From: a virus
Taxonomy: Duplodnaviria; Caudoviricetes
Virus record (IMG/VR): IMGVR_UViG_3300024181_000003
Span: 1 to 64,000 of that record
Reading direction: 5' to 3' (one strand)
Length of the DNA: 64,000 nt
This document shows positions 63,225 through 64,000 of the stretch, one piece after another (position 1 is the first letter of the stretch; each line of letters begins with the position of its first letter). The notes under the pieces were generated by a model. The model was not told the origin of the DNA, made no database searches, and worked only from the letters and a program-made list of their open reading frames with translations. Both the position numbers and the translations under genes were made by a program.

Positions 63225-63736
63225 GAGATTCCTCCCTTCCTACGAAGCCAAGCCAATCTTAGTTTTCTTTTGGTTTCTTTAGAAAACTTTCTACCTAACA
63301 AGGCAGCAGAGATTTTGAGTCCGAATCCCTTTGGCTTAGGTTTTCCTTTTTGAGACTTGCTCATTAGCCGTTTTGTTTCTTCGCTGTGCTTAGTGCCCCG
63401 TTTTGCATCTCCGATCTTCTTTCTTGTTTGCGCCGAATGCTTCCCAGCGAGATGCCCACCAAGATCGACGTTGTATCCATTTTGATGGGATAGGGATTGT
63501 AAGCTTTTAATTAACAGTATCTCAGACTTAGAGGCTTCTTTTCTTGTACGAAAACGACTTTCTTCTCCGATAACAAAGTTCTCCACGCCATATTTCCGCA
63601 TCGCTCTATATAGAGGATGGTTTGTTTCTTGTCTCGCTTCGTAGCAATGCTCCCTCCATCGAGATGCCATATCACGAGTCTGTCCAACATACACTTTCCC
63701 GTTTCTGAGATTTTTAATAGTGTAAACAATCCTCAT
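63221..63736 (-). CDS. GIY-YIG endonuclease with NUMOD3 repeats
   Basis: IVY..VYVGQT..R..H..E..GYN; HSAQTRKKI/HSEETKRLMS. Confidence 0.9.
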   Translation of the reverse strand: MRIVYTIKNLRNGKVYVGQTRDMASRWREHCYEARQETNHPLYRAMRKYGVENFVIGEESRFRTRKEASKSEILLIKSLQSLSHQNGYNVDLGGHLAGKHSAQTRKKIGDAKRGTKHSEETKRLMSKSQKGKPKPKGFGLKISAALLGRKFSKETKRKLRLAWLRRKGGIS

Positions 63737-64000
63737 ATCTCATTCCATTTCTCGCCTTTTGCCCTGATTGCTGCGAAGCCCGGGTGTTTGGCGGCCAAGT
63801 ATTTGTACAGCGACTTCTTGTTGTTATCTGCCCAGTTGTTCATGCCTGTGTCGTTGAGTCGATAGTGAAACAACGGCTCGTGGACAACTTCGTGCTTGTA
63901 GCCCTGCTTGAGAATGCGAAGCCACATGTCCCAGTCCTCCCAGCCACGAAGGTTAGGGTCCCAAGGCCCGGCCATAAGAATCGCCTGCGACCGAACCAAC
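63733..64000 (-). CDS. GT2 glycosyltransferase, 5' part outside the window
   Basis: WDPNLRGWEDWDMWLR..EPLFHYR. Confidence 0.85.
   Translation of the reverse strand, partial: LVRSQAILMAGPWDPNLRGWEDWDMWLRILKQGYKHEVVHEPLFHYRLNDTGMNNWADNNKKSLYKYLAAKHPGFAAIRAKGEKWNEI

Overview
A 64-kb segment of a tailed dsDNA phage or prophage. It is podovirus-like in its ejection and nozzle module and carries a tyrosine integrase. The host cannot be determined from the sequence. The + strand arm (1-43024) has a 9-tRNA cluster interleaved with HNH genes, small His-rich and membrane proteins, a secreted trypsin-like protease, terminase, portal and scaffold. It continues with a major capsid gene split by a 206-nt group I intron, decoration, collagen, adaptor and nozzle proteins, and ejection proteins ending in a 2015-aa multidomain protein. 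The convergent - strand arm (43021-64000) has glycosyltransferases, the integrase, an intact IS200/IS605 element (tnpA+tnpB), many small accessory genes, Pth2, three SprT-like proteases, an SLT, a GH108 endolysin, a metallophosphoesterase and further HNH/GIY-YIG nucleases. No replication genes fall inside the window. The top candidate for a new system is at 46652-46915: a second, exact copy of the TnpB omegaRNA scaffold 72 nt downstream of the IS right end, with a different guide, forming a two-unit scaffold-guide array. Other highlights are three HNH ORFs that each run into a tRNA, a tRNA-Asn with a long variable arm, an ORF-less capsid intron next to a separately promoted HNH, and a promoter-driven 57-aa ORF behind the polyvalent ejection protein. 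All calls come from motif recognition and manual base-pairing; no searches were run.
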